Below, piece after piece: positions 9,866 to 20,458 of a stretch of DNA of 32,000 nucleotides. Origin of the DNA: an uncultured Methanobacteriaceae archaeon. Lineage in GTDB: Archaea > Methanobacteriota > Methanobacteria > Methanobacteriales > Methanobacteriaceae. The notes under the pieces are model-generated. The model did not search any database and was not told the origin of the DNA. It saw only the letters and a program-made list of their open reading frames with translations. Position numbers and translations under genes: made by a program. The DNA is taken from NCBI GenBank assembly GCA_963730455.1, contig CAVSRS010000002.1, positions 624,879 to 656,878 of the forward strand, read 5' to 3'. The first letter of the stretch is position 1, and each line of letters begins with the position of its first letter.

Positions 9866-11481
9866 TCTTGTTATAATTGGAGCTAATGGTCCTAACCTAG
9901 CACCGAGTTTCATAAATGCATTTACATCACTTTTTTTCAATCCACCAATCAATGTGAGTATGATAATGTATATTAACGCTCCAAATAGAGCTAAAAACAT
10001 AATGTATACAAATGCTAATATTTTAGCTATAGACATGTGATATGCACTCGTGTAAGCATAAGTTGTAGGTATAAATAATAAAATAAATGCCATAACTATA
10101 ATGGCTATGACGATTTTTCCAAAATCTCCGTATTGAAGTCTAACTTTAACATATCTTCAGGGTTCTCCAAGACACTGTAACCATAAGGACGAATGTAGCT
10201 ATGAAGTTGCAATGGCAGCTCCGTTAATCCCATATTTAGGTATTAAAATCACACTTAAGCCTAATTCTATAAGAGTACCTAAAGCTAAAGAAACCATTGG
10301 AATAACTGGCTTACCTATACCCTGAGATATACTCGCAGAAACTGTGTATAAGGTGAAAAATAGCATTCCTAGTGCTAATATTTGCAAAGCCCCTGATCCC
10401 AAAACATAACCGGGAAAAAGCAAGGAAATGATAGGAGTGGCGAATATTGCAATTCCAAGAGATGCTGGTAATACCACTATTGTAACGTAACGGTAAGCTT
10501 GGTTTATATAGGTTTCAATTAAATCTCGGTCATTAACACTTAATGCTGCTGAAGTTGCTGGGAGAACTGCAGTTGCTACAGCCATGGATATAACGAGAGG
10601 AAGTCTAGCAATAGGACTGGCAATACCATAGTATCCTACAAATTGTGCGGCTAGGTAATATCCGATAATCCACGTACCAATATCGTACATGAATAATTCA
10701 CCTAAACTACTGAAAACAACAGGTACACTGAAGAATAGTAGCATTTTAACTAATCTTAACTCTTGAAGGAAAGTGAATTTATCATTGATATGATTATTTG
10801 GATTTAAACGACGACTTCTTCTCTTCTTACCGCCTTTAATATGTTTCCACACATATTTCCTGAAAAGAATAGAATGCCGCTACCCCAGCAACCGCATATC
10901 CTATAGCAGTACCAATCACTGCCCCGGCAACATAAAAATTTGCAAATATTAACACAACTGCGAAGATAATTGTGAAACTCTGCTCAAAAGCTTTAGTTAT
11001 CACCAGGTTACTCATTTGATAGAAACCCTGGAAGATACCCTTAAATTCACCGGTTATAACACTGAATGGTGTGATGAGAGCAACCGCTTGAAATGGTATT
11101 ATAGCCTCGGGTTTATGAAAAAACACCTAAAGCTATAGGTTTAGCTAATATGAATATAGTTAAACTTAATAAGAAGACCCATTACTATGATTAATTTAAA
11201 AGAAGTTTTAATAATCTGCCTAATCATATCTGTCTGATTCAACAGCCTCATATTGAGCTATATACTTTGCAATAGCTGGTGGTATACCACCTTCAGCAGA
11301 TAATTGCAATACACCCATTAAAGGAATAGTTAATGTCTAATATACCATAACCCGTAGGCCCTAATAAAGTAGCCATAGCGAAACGGTATATGAAACCTCC
11401 TATTCTAAATATAAAGGAGCCTATAAGCATAACAAGGCTACCCTTAGCTATTTTTGTACTACTCATACTGATATTACCCAC
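9833..11481 (-). pseudogene. MOP-superfamily polysaccharide/lipid-linked-precursor flippase (Wzx/MurJ-like), heavily frameshifted
   Basis: The ORFs 11293..11481, 10836..11126, 10199..10852 and 9833..10093 are consecutive pieces of one about 540-aa flippase (N-terminal [24 protein letters not shown]-terminal LIPKYGINGAAIATS). Tracing the sequence by hand needs at least seven frame changes (near 11345, 11220, 11170, 11125, 10845, 10200, 10150). Confidence 0.8.
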
Positions 11482-11800
11482 AAATAGAATATTTAAACGT
11501 TAAAAAACTCTTCATTTATTTCTTAAAAAAAATAAATTATATCTTTTTTTTAGTAGATTTAATTAATATTAATTATTAAACGTATATTGTTATAAGTGCT
11601 CTTTATTAGATTTATCTAAAACCTTCAGAATTAAATTAATTTATTTTCAATTAAATAATAAATTCTGTTATATAAATTCATCTTTTTATTTTATATGATA
11701 TTAATAAACATACTATAAAAAAAGGAAATATCTATTTAAATTAATAAGAAATATTAAAAAAAAATTTTTTAATTTGAGGTGAATAATTATTACAATTATA

Positions 11801-12243
11801 ATGGCTACAGGAACATTTGACATTATCCATCCCGGCCATGGATATTATCTTCAAGAGTCAAAGAATTTAGGTGGAGAAGATAGTAAATTAATCGTAGTGG
11901 TGGCTCGTGATGCTACAGTCAGATCCAAAAAAGAGTACCCATAGTTAATGAAAAACAGCGTTTAGAAATGGTTCAAATGCTTAAACCCGTGGATGAGGCT
12001 TATCTGGGAAGCACTACCGACATGTTCCATATTGTGGAGAAAATTAAACCTGATATTATTTCAATTGGACCCGATCAAGATTTTGATCTGGATTTACTCC
12101 GAGAAGAACTTAAAAAAAGAGATTTAAATGTTAAGGTGATTAAAATCACTGGTTATAAAAAAGCATTTCTAGATAGTTCTTGTAAAATAATTCGTAAGAT
12201 TAAAGAAACCGAATTCCATAAAGACGAATTTAAAAACTGTTAA
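11801..12243 (+). pseudogene. ribL: archaeal FAD synthetase (FMN adenylyltransferase) RibL, -1 frameshift in an A6 run
   Basis: [17 protein letters not shown]...[15 protein letters not shown] in one frame, then (R)[26 protein letters not shown]...GPDQDF...GYKK in the next. This is colinear with the archaeal RibL cytidylyltransferase-fold enzyme as I recall it. Reading AAAAAA at 11927-11932 as seven A restores a single frame. Confidence 0.8.
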
Positions 12244-12264
12244 AAATTCAATTAATAAAAGAAG

Positions 12265-12327
12265 TTTTTTAAAAAAAAATAAAAAAAAATAAAAAAATTT
12301 AATTAAATTTTAATTAATTTTTTTTTT
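12265..12327. terminator. bidirectional oligo-T termination zone between convergent ribL and the PMBR/transglutaminase gene
   Basis: T6 (12265-12270) and T10 (12318-12327) lie on the + strand after the ribL stop. A9, A9 and A7 runs (12271-12297) give T runs on the - strand downstream of the convergent gene. Archaeal RNA polymerase terminates at oligo-dT. Confidence 0.45.
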
Positions 12328-12425
12328 GAAAGGCAAATTTTGCATAAGTGCCTTCATAAAGTCCAGTTTTACTAGTTTGTTTACCAATTATCTTATTTTT
12401 TTTAACCGAATGTCTTTTTTTCTTC

Positions 12426-14202
12426 TTAGAATGGTAAAGATATATATGTACCCTCTAAAGTGTACGTGTTAAGGTTCCAATTATTAATTACACCAAAAGT
12501 GTTTGATGAACTAATAGTATCTGCGTAGTACCATTGACCATTCACATATAATTGAGCCCAAACATGTCCATACCATCCATCTGAGAAATCACAATATCCC
12601 TGTTGATATCTAGCGGGTATTCCCGCTGCACGAGCTAAAGCCACCATTAAATTGGAATGATCACAACAGTTCCCTGTTCCGGCTGCTATAGTTCCAACTG
12701 CCCCATATAATGTGTTGTAATAGAAGGAATAAGTTATATTATCCCTAACCCAGTCAAAAAGTGCTACTGCCTTAGCGTAAGGAGTAGTTAAACCAGCAGT
12801 GATTTTATCTGCTAGTGCAATTATTGTAGGGTTATTAGATTGGCAATTAGTTGTTGGTTGTAAATATGGCTCCAATGAAGTTGGAATCGTTGAAGTTGTA
12901 TTATTAGATGATTCATTCCAAGGGTTTACAACTGCATAATTTGGTAATCTATCATTTACACTATAAAAGCCCATAATTCGAGATTCTAAATAAATTAATG
13001 ATTCATATTGAATATTCCCTAGAGTACAATTGGCATAATTAGGTGCTCTACCCGTAGAATCTATAAAACTTTGGATAGCTGATGCCAAAGATAGGTACTC
13101 TGACTTATTAATGTCTCCACTATTCAGATCTTCACTTGGACTTGTTGGCGTACTAACATTTTTCAATGCTATTAAAGTATTTGTATTACCATTAATCTGC
13201 AATAAACCATTATTTAATAATTCCAGGAATTGTGGCATGGTAACTTGTGTATTAGATATAGTTACATAATTTGGGAGTCTCTGATTCTCTGATATAAAGT
13301 TTGTAACATTCACAGCGGATGTGGATATTTGACTAATGGTGAATCCAGTTATATTTGATGTACCACTCGAATTAGATGTACCACTTGAATTAGATATTGT
13401 ATTATTAGTTCCTAAAGTTTTTATTGCGACATAGTTAGGTAATCTGTTATTAACACCGTAAAAGTTCATTATTCGGGAGTACATGTCAATTAATGATGTA
13501 TATTGAATTTTCCCTAGAGTACATGTGGCATAATTAGGTGCTCTACCCGTAGAATCCATAAAACTTTGGATTTTACTTGCCAATGTAAGGTACTCTGACT
13601 TATTAATGGTTCCATTAGTGACATTCCCATTACTATTAGTTGGTGCGTTAAAACTACCGAGCGTTATAGGCGTATTAATCCCATTATTTAACTGTACTAA
13701 ATCTGTAGTTATTAATTCTAGGAATTGTGGCATACTTACATCTAATTTACCTATTATAACATATTCTGGAAGAACATGATTACTCTCTATATATGATTCA
13801 ATCCATCCTGATGCTTCGGTTAAATTCTTGGTGACGAACCAGTTACCTTGGACATTACTATTAGCATTATCTCCTGCAGCCTCATTGGCATACTGAATTG
13901 TATCCGAGCTTTCACTTGTTAACATTAAGAGTATTACTATTATTTACACTAGAATTAGTGTTATTTGGATTAACATTCTGATTAGTAACTGCATCGCTAA
14001 CCGTAATATTCGCCTGTTGGCTAGGTACGGTTGTACCTTGATTTTCATCTGTACATGTGCTATTCATGGATATATTATCGCTTATAGTTAAGTTAGTAGA
14101 ATTTATAGTGTTCTGCTGATTTGTTGTGGCGGCATAAATATCTGGCATTAACAATGATACCGACATTAATAGTATCATTGTAAGCAACAAAAGTCGCTTC
14201 AC
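12426..14202 (-). pseudogene. secreted pseudomurein-binding-repeat protein with C-terminal transglutaminase-like cysteine protease core (adhesin-like/Pei-like), signal-peptide exon out of frame
   Basis: The GTG start at 14202 follows GGGAGG and encodes signal peptide MKRLLLLTMILLMSVSLLMPDIYA plus an N-rich linker. The body (12426..13925) is in another frame, with the shift between 13915 and 13943. PMBR-like units: ASGWIESYIESNHVLPEYVIIGKLDVSMPQFLELI and NFISENQRLPNYVTISNTQVTMPQFLELL. Transglutaminase core: GTGNCCDHSNLMVALARAAGIPARY, GHVWAQ, YADT (Cys-His-Asp). Confidence 0.8.
12927..13820 (-). repeat. tandem internal duplication (two modules of about 135 codons) inside the PMBR protein gene
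   Basis: Module A spans 13419-13820 and module B 12927-13337, with a period of about 495 nt. For example, 13502-13620 and 13007-13125 share identical runs GGCATAATTAGGTGCTCTACCCGTAGAATC and AGGTACTCTGACTTATTAATG. The linker SNSSGTSNSSGTSN (13353-13391) is itself a short direct repeat. Confidence 0.85.
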
Positions 14203-14656
14203 GATACTGGCCTCCCAATAATAATTTCAGCAATGTCAGATAACATAAATTATATTTTTTTTAAGGTTCTGACAATCATTACGTATTATATACTAGAATA
14301 TATAAATCTTTGTATTCAAAATTAAATATTAAGGGAATATAAACTATATTTTCATGATCTTAAACCATTCAAATACAGGAATCATACAATCATTCATGTA
14401 ACTCCTCTGCATTAAATTACAATATAAATTAGGTAATACTCAATTTAAACGCATTATATATTACAAAATAAGTAATGTAATAATAATAATCATTCAAATT
14501 AGATAATATTAATAGAAATATAATCATTATTAACCATAAAAAAAGTAAGATTTATACAAAGTGACATTCTATAAAAAATTTTTTATTCCAAAATAATTTT
14601 TTTATCAATTATAATACTAAATTTTATATTAGTATAAAAATGATAAATATTCAATT

Positions 14657-15214
14657 ATGGAAATAGAGAATATAACGAGAGCATTAGAAATCATCCAAAA
14701 TTCTAATCAATTCGCAGAACTCATACCCGAAGTAAGAAGTAACCTAGTGATGGCTAAAAAAAATGCCTTCACCATCAATGACGTAGCAGGCGTACCTGGA
14801 CGTATAACCACAGTTAACGGTAAAGCTAAAGCATTCATGAAACCAGATTGGGGTGCCTCCAGTCACATGGCCCGCTTAATACTAGAAGTTATGAAATACG
14901 ATCCAGAACGTCGAAGCGCTATTAACCTCCGTTACCATCCTCGTCTAATAGAATTAATAAAGAAATTAGGACTCAAAATCAGCAGTTATAATCGATTAGA
15001 AGAACCTGAAGAACAACGTAAAATTGAAGGTGGAAGCATCAGTTGGGGAGTACAACAAGCTATAAATAAAATTAATGAAGTACCTGATGTAATATATCAC
15101 ACTGGTGACTGGGGAAAAGAACCAATCATTGCGTTAATTGGCTGTGACGCGGTGGATGTAGCTAAAATGGCCGTATGTCTATGCCCAATTATACTCCATC
15201 AGGAAACCAGATAG
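14657..15214 (+). CDS. ThiN-type thiamine-phosphate synthase family protein (stand-alone ThiN domain)
   Basis: IPEVRSNL, VAGVPGRIT, DWGASSHMARLIL and HTGDWGKEPIIALIG match my recollection of the archaeal ThiN domain. The 3' end overlaps the next gene by 40 nt. Confidence 0.65.
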   Translation: MEIENITRALEIIQNSNQFAELIPEVRSNLVMAKKNAFTINDVAGVPGRITTVNGKAKAFMKPDWGASSHMARLILEVMKYDPERRSAINLRYHPRLIELIKKLGLKISSYNRLEEPEEQRKIEGGSISWGVQQAINKINEVPDVIYHTGDWGKEPIIALIGCDAVDVAKMAVCLCPIILHQETR

Positions 15215-15696
15215 TATTATTTGCACCCACCCGCAGTTTATATTCCAATAAAAAACAATCAACAAATTGTATATTCTGTGGAATATCCACAGAAGAACCA
15301 GAAATAGAAGAGATGATTCTATATAAAGATGAAGACAATATGGTAGTTATGAATATTTATCCTTATAATAGAGGACATTTAGAAGTAGTACCCCGGAAAC
15401 ATTACAATGACTTAAATGAATTAAAACCTGATGAGTTAAAAAATTTTTTCTTATTAGTTCAAAAAACTATAACACTAATTAGAGAAGTAATTAAACCTGA
15501 TGGAATCAATTTAGGCTTCAATTTAGGTGAAGCAGCTGGTTCCAGTGTGGAACATTTACATTTACACTTGGTACCCCGCTTTACATTTGAAGGTGGATTC
15601 ATGGAAACAGTAGCATCCACCCGAGTGATCAGTGAAAATTTAGATGAAACATATAAGCGTTACATGGAAGAAATACAATTATTAAAGGTGAAATGA
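15175..15696 (+). CDS. HIT-family nucleotide hydrolase/transferase (Ap4A phosphorylase-like subgroup)
   Basis: Histidine triad [12 protein letters not shown], with [18 protein letters not shown]. The N-terminal LFAPTRSLY...CIFC resembles the LWAPWR..Y...CIFC of the extended HIT subgroup. Confidence 0.85.
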   Translation: MSMPNYTPSGNQIVLFAPTRSLYSNKKQSTNCIFCGISTEEPEIEEMILYKDEDNMVVMNIYPYNRGHLEVVPRKHYNDLNELKPDELKNFFLLVQKTITLIREVIKPDGINLGFNLGEAAGSSVEHLHLHLVPRFTFEGGFMETVASTRVISENLDETYKRYMEEIQLLKVK

Positions 15697-16706
15697 TACG
15701 TATGCACTATAAAATGTATGAAGAGATGATGCAGCAACCCCAATCATTAAAGGATACTTTAAAAGCTGAAAAATCTCATCTAATAGAATTAGCTGATAAA
15801 TTCAAAGAATTTGAACGCATCTATCTAGTTGGATGTGGAAGTTCCCTATCCACGTGTTACTCAGTTAAAGACGCATTAGGAATTCTCTCAGATAAAGTAG
15901 TAGAAGTTTACACGGGATATGAATTCTATTATCATAAAAATCTAGAAAATGAAAATGCAGGATTAATTTTAACTAGTCAATCCGGTGAAACCGCGGATAC
16001 ATTAGCCGCGCTTAGAAGAGGTAAAGAACAAGGTTTCCATACTGTTGCCATCACTAATGAATGTGAAAGCACTATGAAAATGGAAGCCGATGACACCGTG
16101 CTAACCCGTTGTGGTAAAGAAACTGCTATACTTGGAACTAAAACTTATATGACTCAACTTTTAAGTTTATATCAAATATTATTTAGATTAGAGGATACTT
16201 CACCATTTAAGGATGTATTAAATGATTTAAATAAATTACCGACTATAAGTCAACGTATAATTAAAGATACCGAAGAAGCTAACCGGATTCATGCTGAAAA
16301 ATTTAAAGATTTCGATTTCTATTACTGTATGGGCAGTGGACCTAATTATGGTTTAGCTTACAAATTAGCCATGACCATGTTCATGGAAGGTGCACTTAAA
16401 AACGCTTGTCCCCTATATTCCGGGGAGTTTCGTCATGGTTTAATTGAAAGAACCGAAGAAAATGTACCATTAATATTCCTAGATGCAGATTATCCTGGTG
16501 ATGAGTTAACTCAAAAATCAGTGGATTTCTCACAGAAAATAGGTGCCAATAGTCTAATATATAAAATGCATGATTACTCCGATTTAAACTCATTATTATC
16601 CCCATTTATACTAGTAATTCCACTTGAATGGTTCATATATTACTTGGCCCATTATAATGGAGAGGATCCCGGTAGTACTAGACATATTGGGAAAGTAAGA
16701 TACTAA
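15693..16706 (+). CDS. double-SIS-domain sugar-phosphate isomerase/aminotransferase-like protein (GlmS isomerase-domain type)
   Basis: [10 protein letters not shown] and [22 protein letters not shown]...AITN form the first SIS domain, and [22 protein letters not shown] the second. No glutaminase domain is present. The start overlaps the HIT stop in ATGA (15693-15696). Confidence 0.85.
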   Translation: MIRMHYKMYEEMMQQPQSLKDTLKAEKSHLIELADKFKEFERIYLVGCGSSLSTCYSVKDALGILSDKVVEVYTGYEFYYHKNLENENAGLILTSQSGETADTLAALRRGKEQGFHTVAITNECESTMKMEADDTVLTRCGKETAILGTKTYMTQLLSLYQILFRLEDTSPFKDVLNDLNKLPTISQRIIKDTEEANRIHAEKFKDFDFYYCMGSGPNYGLAYKLAMTMFMEGALKNACPLYSGEFRHGLIERTEENVPLIFLDADYPGDELTQKSVDFSQKIGANSLIYKMHDYSDLNSLLSPFILVIPLEWFIYYLAHYNGEDPGSTRHIGKVRY

Positions 16707-16743
16707 AAAAAATGGGAAATGAATATATTTTATTATTTTTTTT

Positions 16744-17181
16744 TAATCAATATTCACGGTATTAGAATTCTTCTGCTCGATTTTAGGTAAAAGAACCATA
16801 AGTACTCCATTCTCAAAAGCCGCAGACTGCTTCATCAATCCTAATTTTAGCGGGAAGATTAACTACACGGCGTACTTCACCCTGCTTCCGCTCCCTCTTA
16901 ACATACTTAATATCCACTGGTACGATCTCATCGATAAATAATGCAACAACATCTAATGCATCCTCACTAACATTAATTGTAACATTATCCTTTTTAACAC
17001 CCGGAAGATCAATTATAACAGTTACCTCATTAACTCCATCCATAATATCCACTAAAAGATTATTCGAACCACCTGATGTGTAACCGGCAATAGTTCTCTC
17101 TAATTCACCTTGAGATTCACGAATCGTATCCACTACATTATTAATCATCTGCTCTGCTATATTCCTGTTTGACATCTCCAA
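16744..17181 (-). pseudogene. small heat-shock protein Hsp20/alpha-crystallin, frameshift before the last beta-strand
   Basis: The alpha-crystallin core is present (VTVIIDLPGVKKDNVTINVSEDALDV...RVVNLPAKIRIDEA). The annotated frame stops at 16813, but the canonical ending AFENGVLMVLLPKIEQKNSNTVNID continues in the adjacent frame to a stop at 16744-16746. Confidence 0.8.
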
Positions 17182-18151
17182 ATTCCTCCAATTTATCTAA
17201 TACTTGTGAAATACCTTTACCTTCAGAAGCTTCAACCATAAATGATTCACTCACAATACTCTTATATAATTCTAAATTATTAAGATTATCTACCAAATCA
17301 ATCTTGTTAAAAATACAAATCACAGGTGTATTAAAAACACGTTTAACCTCCTCTAAAAGCTTAAACTGACTATCCATAAGATAACCTGAAGTTTCAGATA
17401 CATCAAAAATAAATAAGATTACATCAGCTAAATGCTCTAACGCTACCATCGCGTTAAGTTCAATCTCATTCATATCCTTAATCGGCCGATCCAATAAGCC
17501 AGGAGTATCAATAATCTGATACTTCTTCCATCTACGCTCCAAATGACCAATCTGAATACCAGTCGTGGTGAAAGGATAATCAGCCACTTTAGGCTCAGCA
17601 GTAGTTAATTTACGAAGTAAAGTTGATTTACCCACATTAGGGAAGCCTGCTATAACAGCAGTAGTTGCTTCAAAATCAACTGTAGGCATATTCCTCAACC
17701 GTGCTTTAGCATAATCTAGAAAAGTTAACTCCTCTCGAATACGATTCATAATTGATGATATCCGACCGAAAGCTTCCCGTCGAATACTAGCAGCATTCTC
17801 CGATTTACTACGTCTAATCTTATGTACGTACTGATTTTCAATTTTACTAAGGAGTGCCACCGCCCAATTCAAAGCACCTAATGATTTTTTAAGCTCATCC
17901 ACACCGACTACTACATCAATATAATCCTGATAAAACATGGGTAAATCTTCAACTTTAGGAGTCTTATCCAAGATACTCTGGAAACTCGCAATTATAACTT
18001 GACAGGAGGTCTTCACCCGAGCCTCCTCAACTCTCTTTCCTTTCATTTGACGAGGAATCTTAGAAGTCCTCGTCTTACTTGCAGCTTTCTTAGCCCGGCT
18101 AAAAGCCTTATCCAAGGCCTCCTCCGGGGTGGGTATTGTTGGTAAAAACAT
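17141..18151 (-). CDS. Nog1-family GTP-binding protein
   Basis: G1 [11 protein letters not shown]2 FTT, G3 DTPGL and G4 NKID, preceded by the helical N-terminal domain typical of archaeal Nog1/MJ1464-type GTPases. Confidence 0.85.
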   Translation of the reverse strand: MFLPTIPTPEEALDKAFSRAKKAASKTRTSKIPRQMKGKRVEEARVKTSCQVIIASFQSILDKTPKVEDLPMFYQDYIDVVVGVDELKKSLGALNWAVALLSKIENQYVHKIRRSKSENAASIRREAFGRISSIMNRIREELTFLDYAKARLRNMPTVDFEATTAVIAGFPNVGKSTLLRKLTTAEPKVADYPFTTTGIQIGHLERRWKKYQIIDTPGLLDRPIKDMNEIELNAMVALEHLADVILFIFDVSETSGYLMDSQFKLLEEVKRVFNTPVICIFNKIDLVDNLNNLELYKSIVSESFMVEASEGKGISQVLDKLEEFGDVKQEYSRADD

Positions 18152-18399
18152 GATATTAATTACTCTCTAAAATTTTCTTTTAATATGATTATATTTTATG
18201 AAATTTTAATATTTTTTAAACTACTATCAAAAATAGAATTTTTGCACTATTTCTGCACTAATTTTATACCATAATTTGAAGTAGTATTAACTATAATTAT
18301 AATTGATAATATGAATTATCAAAAAATAACATTAAAACTAGTTATATTTATTAAACTATAAAAAGATTTAAATAAAAAAAAATAGAATTCTTTAAAAAA

Positions 18400-18963
18400 T
18401 TATTTTTCTTCGAAAATTTGACTTTTAAAACTATAAATCTTCACCTCAGGCTTCAACCAACAATCCGGTAAGAGACCCGCTTTCATGCAAGTATTAGACA
18501 GGAACTCATCCACATCCCACTTCCACTCCAACGGAACCTGCGGAAGTAATAATCCACGATAGTAACCCATCTCCACTATAAGACCATCCTCACCAACATT
18601 AATCTTACCAGGATACTCAGAAGGCTTATCCACATTAATAAGCTCCGGTTTAGTAAGAACACTAACCTCCACATCAATACTATCCAATTCACCGATAGTA
18701 ACCGGTGGAAAACGAGGATCCTGGGTAGCAGCAGAAATCGCCACCTCTATAACTGTCTTAATAAGAGATTTAACAGGCTCCGGGTAACCTATACAACCTC
18801 TAAGTTCGCCATTACAATGCAAAGTACAAAAAGCACCCATATCCTCCTTCAAAGTATCCGGAGTATCCACAGGTACACTCATAATTTTCTCATCCCTTAA
18901 AAATGTAGTAATCGCTTCCCTAGCAACCTTAACTAAAAACATTCCATCCTCATTAGATAACAT
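18400..18963 (-). CDS. AMMECR1-domain protein
   Basis: [21 protein letters not shown] and DPRFPPV...[12 protein letters not shown] are the AMMECR1 signature blocks. Confidence 0.85.
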   Translation of the reverse strand: MLSNEDGMFLVKVAREAITTFLRDEKIMSVPVDTPDTLKEDMGAFCTLHCNGELRGCIGYPEPVKSLIKTVIEVAISAATQDPRFPPVTIGELDSIDVEVSVLTKPELINVDKPSEYPGKINVGEDGLIVEMGYYRGLLLPQVPLEWKWDVDEFLSNTCMKAGLLPDCWLKPEVKIYSFKSQIFEEK

Positions 18964-18965
18964 TT

Positions 18966-20351
18966 TTATGTCGCACCTCCTACAGTAGCTTCAGTTACAC
19001 GTACATGCGGACCGCCATCACCCACCGGTACCGTTTGCCCACCTTTACCACAAAATCCAACACCCATCCGGAAATCAGAACCTACACCATCCACCTTCAA
19101 CAACATCTCCAATATATTACCAGATAATGAAACATCCCTTAATGGATCAGTAACCTCACCATTACGTATTAAAAATGATTCTGCAGCATTAAATTGGAAT
19201 ACACCTTTACCAGTATCCACTTGTCCTCCACGTGACCCTCTAAGATAAATTCCATCACTCATATCCTCTATAATCTCCTCAAAAGATAAGTCACCTGGTT
19301 TAAGGTAAGTATTACTCATACGTACAATCGGTTGATCATCAACCGCGGATCGAGCATTACCACTAGGCTTAACATTTAACTTATACGCGTTCTCCCTACT
19401 ACTTAAAAGTGAATTTAAAACACCATTCTTAACTAAAATATTCTCTCTAGTTTTCACCCCCTCCGAATCATAAGGATAATAGCCAAACGCATCCATACTA
19501 GCATCATCAATAATAGTTACATTCGATGAACCAATAGTGTCGCCCATTTTATCTTTAAGTATACTATCATTCTGTAATATTAAATCCGCCTCAGCTGCAT
19601 GACCCAAAGCTTCATGAATAAATACCCCTGTAAGATCAGGATCCATAATCACTGGAAACCGACCAGATGGAGGTAACTCAGCTCCTAGTAATCTTAAAGC
19701 CTTCTCAGCAGGAGTTCGTCCAAACTTCTCCAAATCCGCGTCTCTAATGACTTCAAATCCCTTAGCACCGCCAATACTTTTATGACCAAACTGTATAACA
19801 CCCTCAGATGCAGCAACCGCATTTAAAAACATAGCCACCCGACTATCCTCAACTTGCAACTGCGTACCCTCAGAATTAATAAAAGTATTCACACCTTCCT
19901 GATCAACATAATTAACAGTAGTACTAACAATACCATCCAAACGCGCAGCATTCTCCGCTTCCGTGATAACTTCCTTCTTCTCATCAATCGTAACTTCAGA
20001 TGGCCTAAGTTTAGCTTTAGATTTAACTTGATCCTGTTTAACTTCCACACTTGCTAGTTTAACATCACTTTCCAACATTTTAGCAAGCTTCAACGCTGAC
20101 TCTGCAGCAGATTCTAATTCATGGAGTTGATTAGTGAAACTAAATCCCCAAGCACCATTCTTCAAAATCCGTACACTACCACCCAAATCATTACCAGACC
20201 GTACCTCCTGTACTTTACCATCCTTCATCACTATAATATTATTTGAACTCTCATTAATCCGTATATCCACATAATCCGCTTCAGCATTCACGGATTTAAT
20301 GATTTTCTCAATTGAATCAAAATCTATTGAATAACCAGTTTCATAAGCCAT
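18966..20351 (-). CDS. TldD/PmbA-family metallopeptidase (TldD type)
   Basis: Metal-binding [11 protein letters not shown] plus the Gly-rich C-terminal region ([24 protein letters not shown]) typical of TldD. The stop lies 2 nt before the AMMECR1 start. Confidence 0.85.
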   Translation of the reverse strand: MAYETGYSIDFDSIEKIIKSVNAEADYVDIRINESSNNIIVMKDGKVQEVRSGNDLGGSVRILKNGAWGFSFTNQLHELESAAESALKLAKMLESDVKLASVEVKQDQVKSKAKLRPSEVTIDEKKEVITEAENAARLDGIVSTTVNYVDQEGVNTFINSEGTQLQVEDSRVAMFLNAVAASEGVIQFGHKSIGGAKGFEVIRDADLEKFGRTPAEKALRLLGAELPPSGRFPVIMDPDLTGVFIHEALGHAAEADLILQNDSILKDKMGDTIGSSNVTIIDDASMDAFGYYPYDSEGVKTRENILVKNGVLNSLLSSRENAYKLNVKPSGNARSAVDDQPIVRMSNTYLKPGDLSFEEIIEDMSDGIYLRGSRGGQVDTGKGVFQFNAAESFLIRNGEVTDPLRDVSLSGNILEMLLKVDGVGSDFRMGVGFCGKGGQTVPVGDGGPHVRVTEATVGGAT

Positions 20352-20458
20352 AATACACTCAATCCTCCTATATAAACGTTCCTGATATTTATAAAAATGT
20401 AATAAAAAAAATTTTTTTTTTAAATAAAAATAGTGTTCATCATAAAAAATAATGATTC

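Noticed and set aside
12244-12330. A9/A9/A7/T10 homopolymer block as a structured repeat or CRISPR-like element
   Set aside because: It is simple homopolymer DNA between convergent genes with no repeat-spacer periodicity. It is better explained as oligo-T terminators for both strands.
12310-12425. Lys-rich open frame on the - strand just downstream of the PMBR gene stop (KKKKRHSVKKNKIIGKQTSKTGLYEGTYAKFAFQ)
   Set aside because: It has no start codon, is not in frame with the upstream gene, and is largely a translation of A-rich spacer. It is most likely noise.
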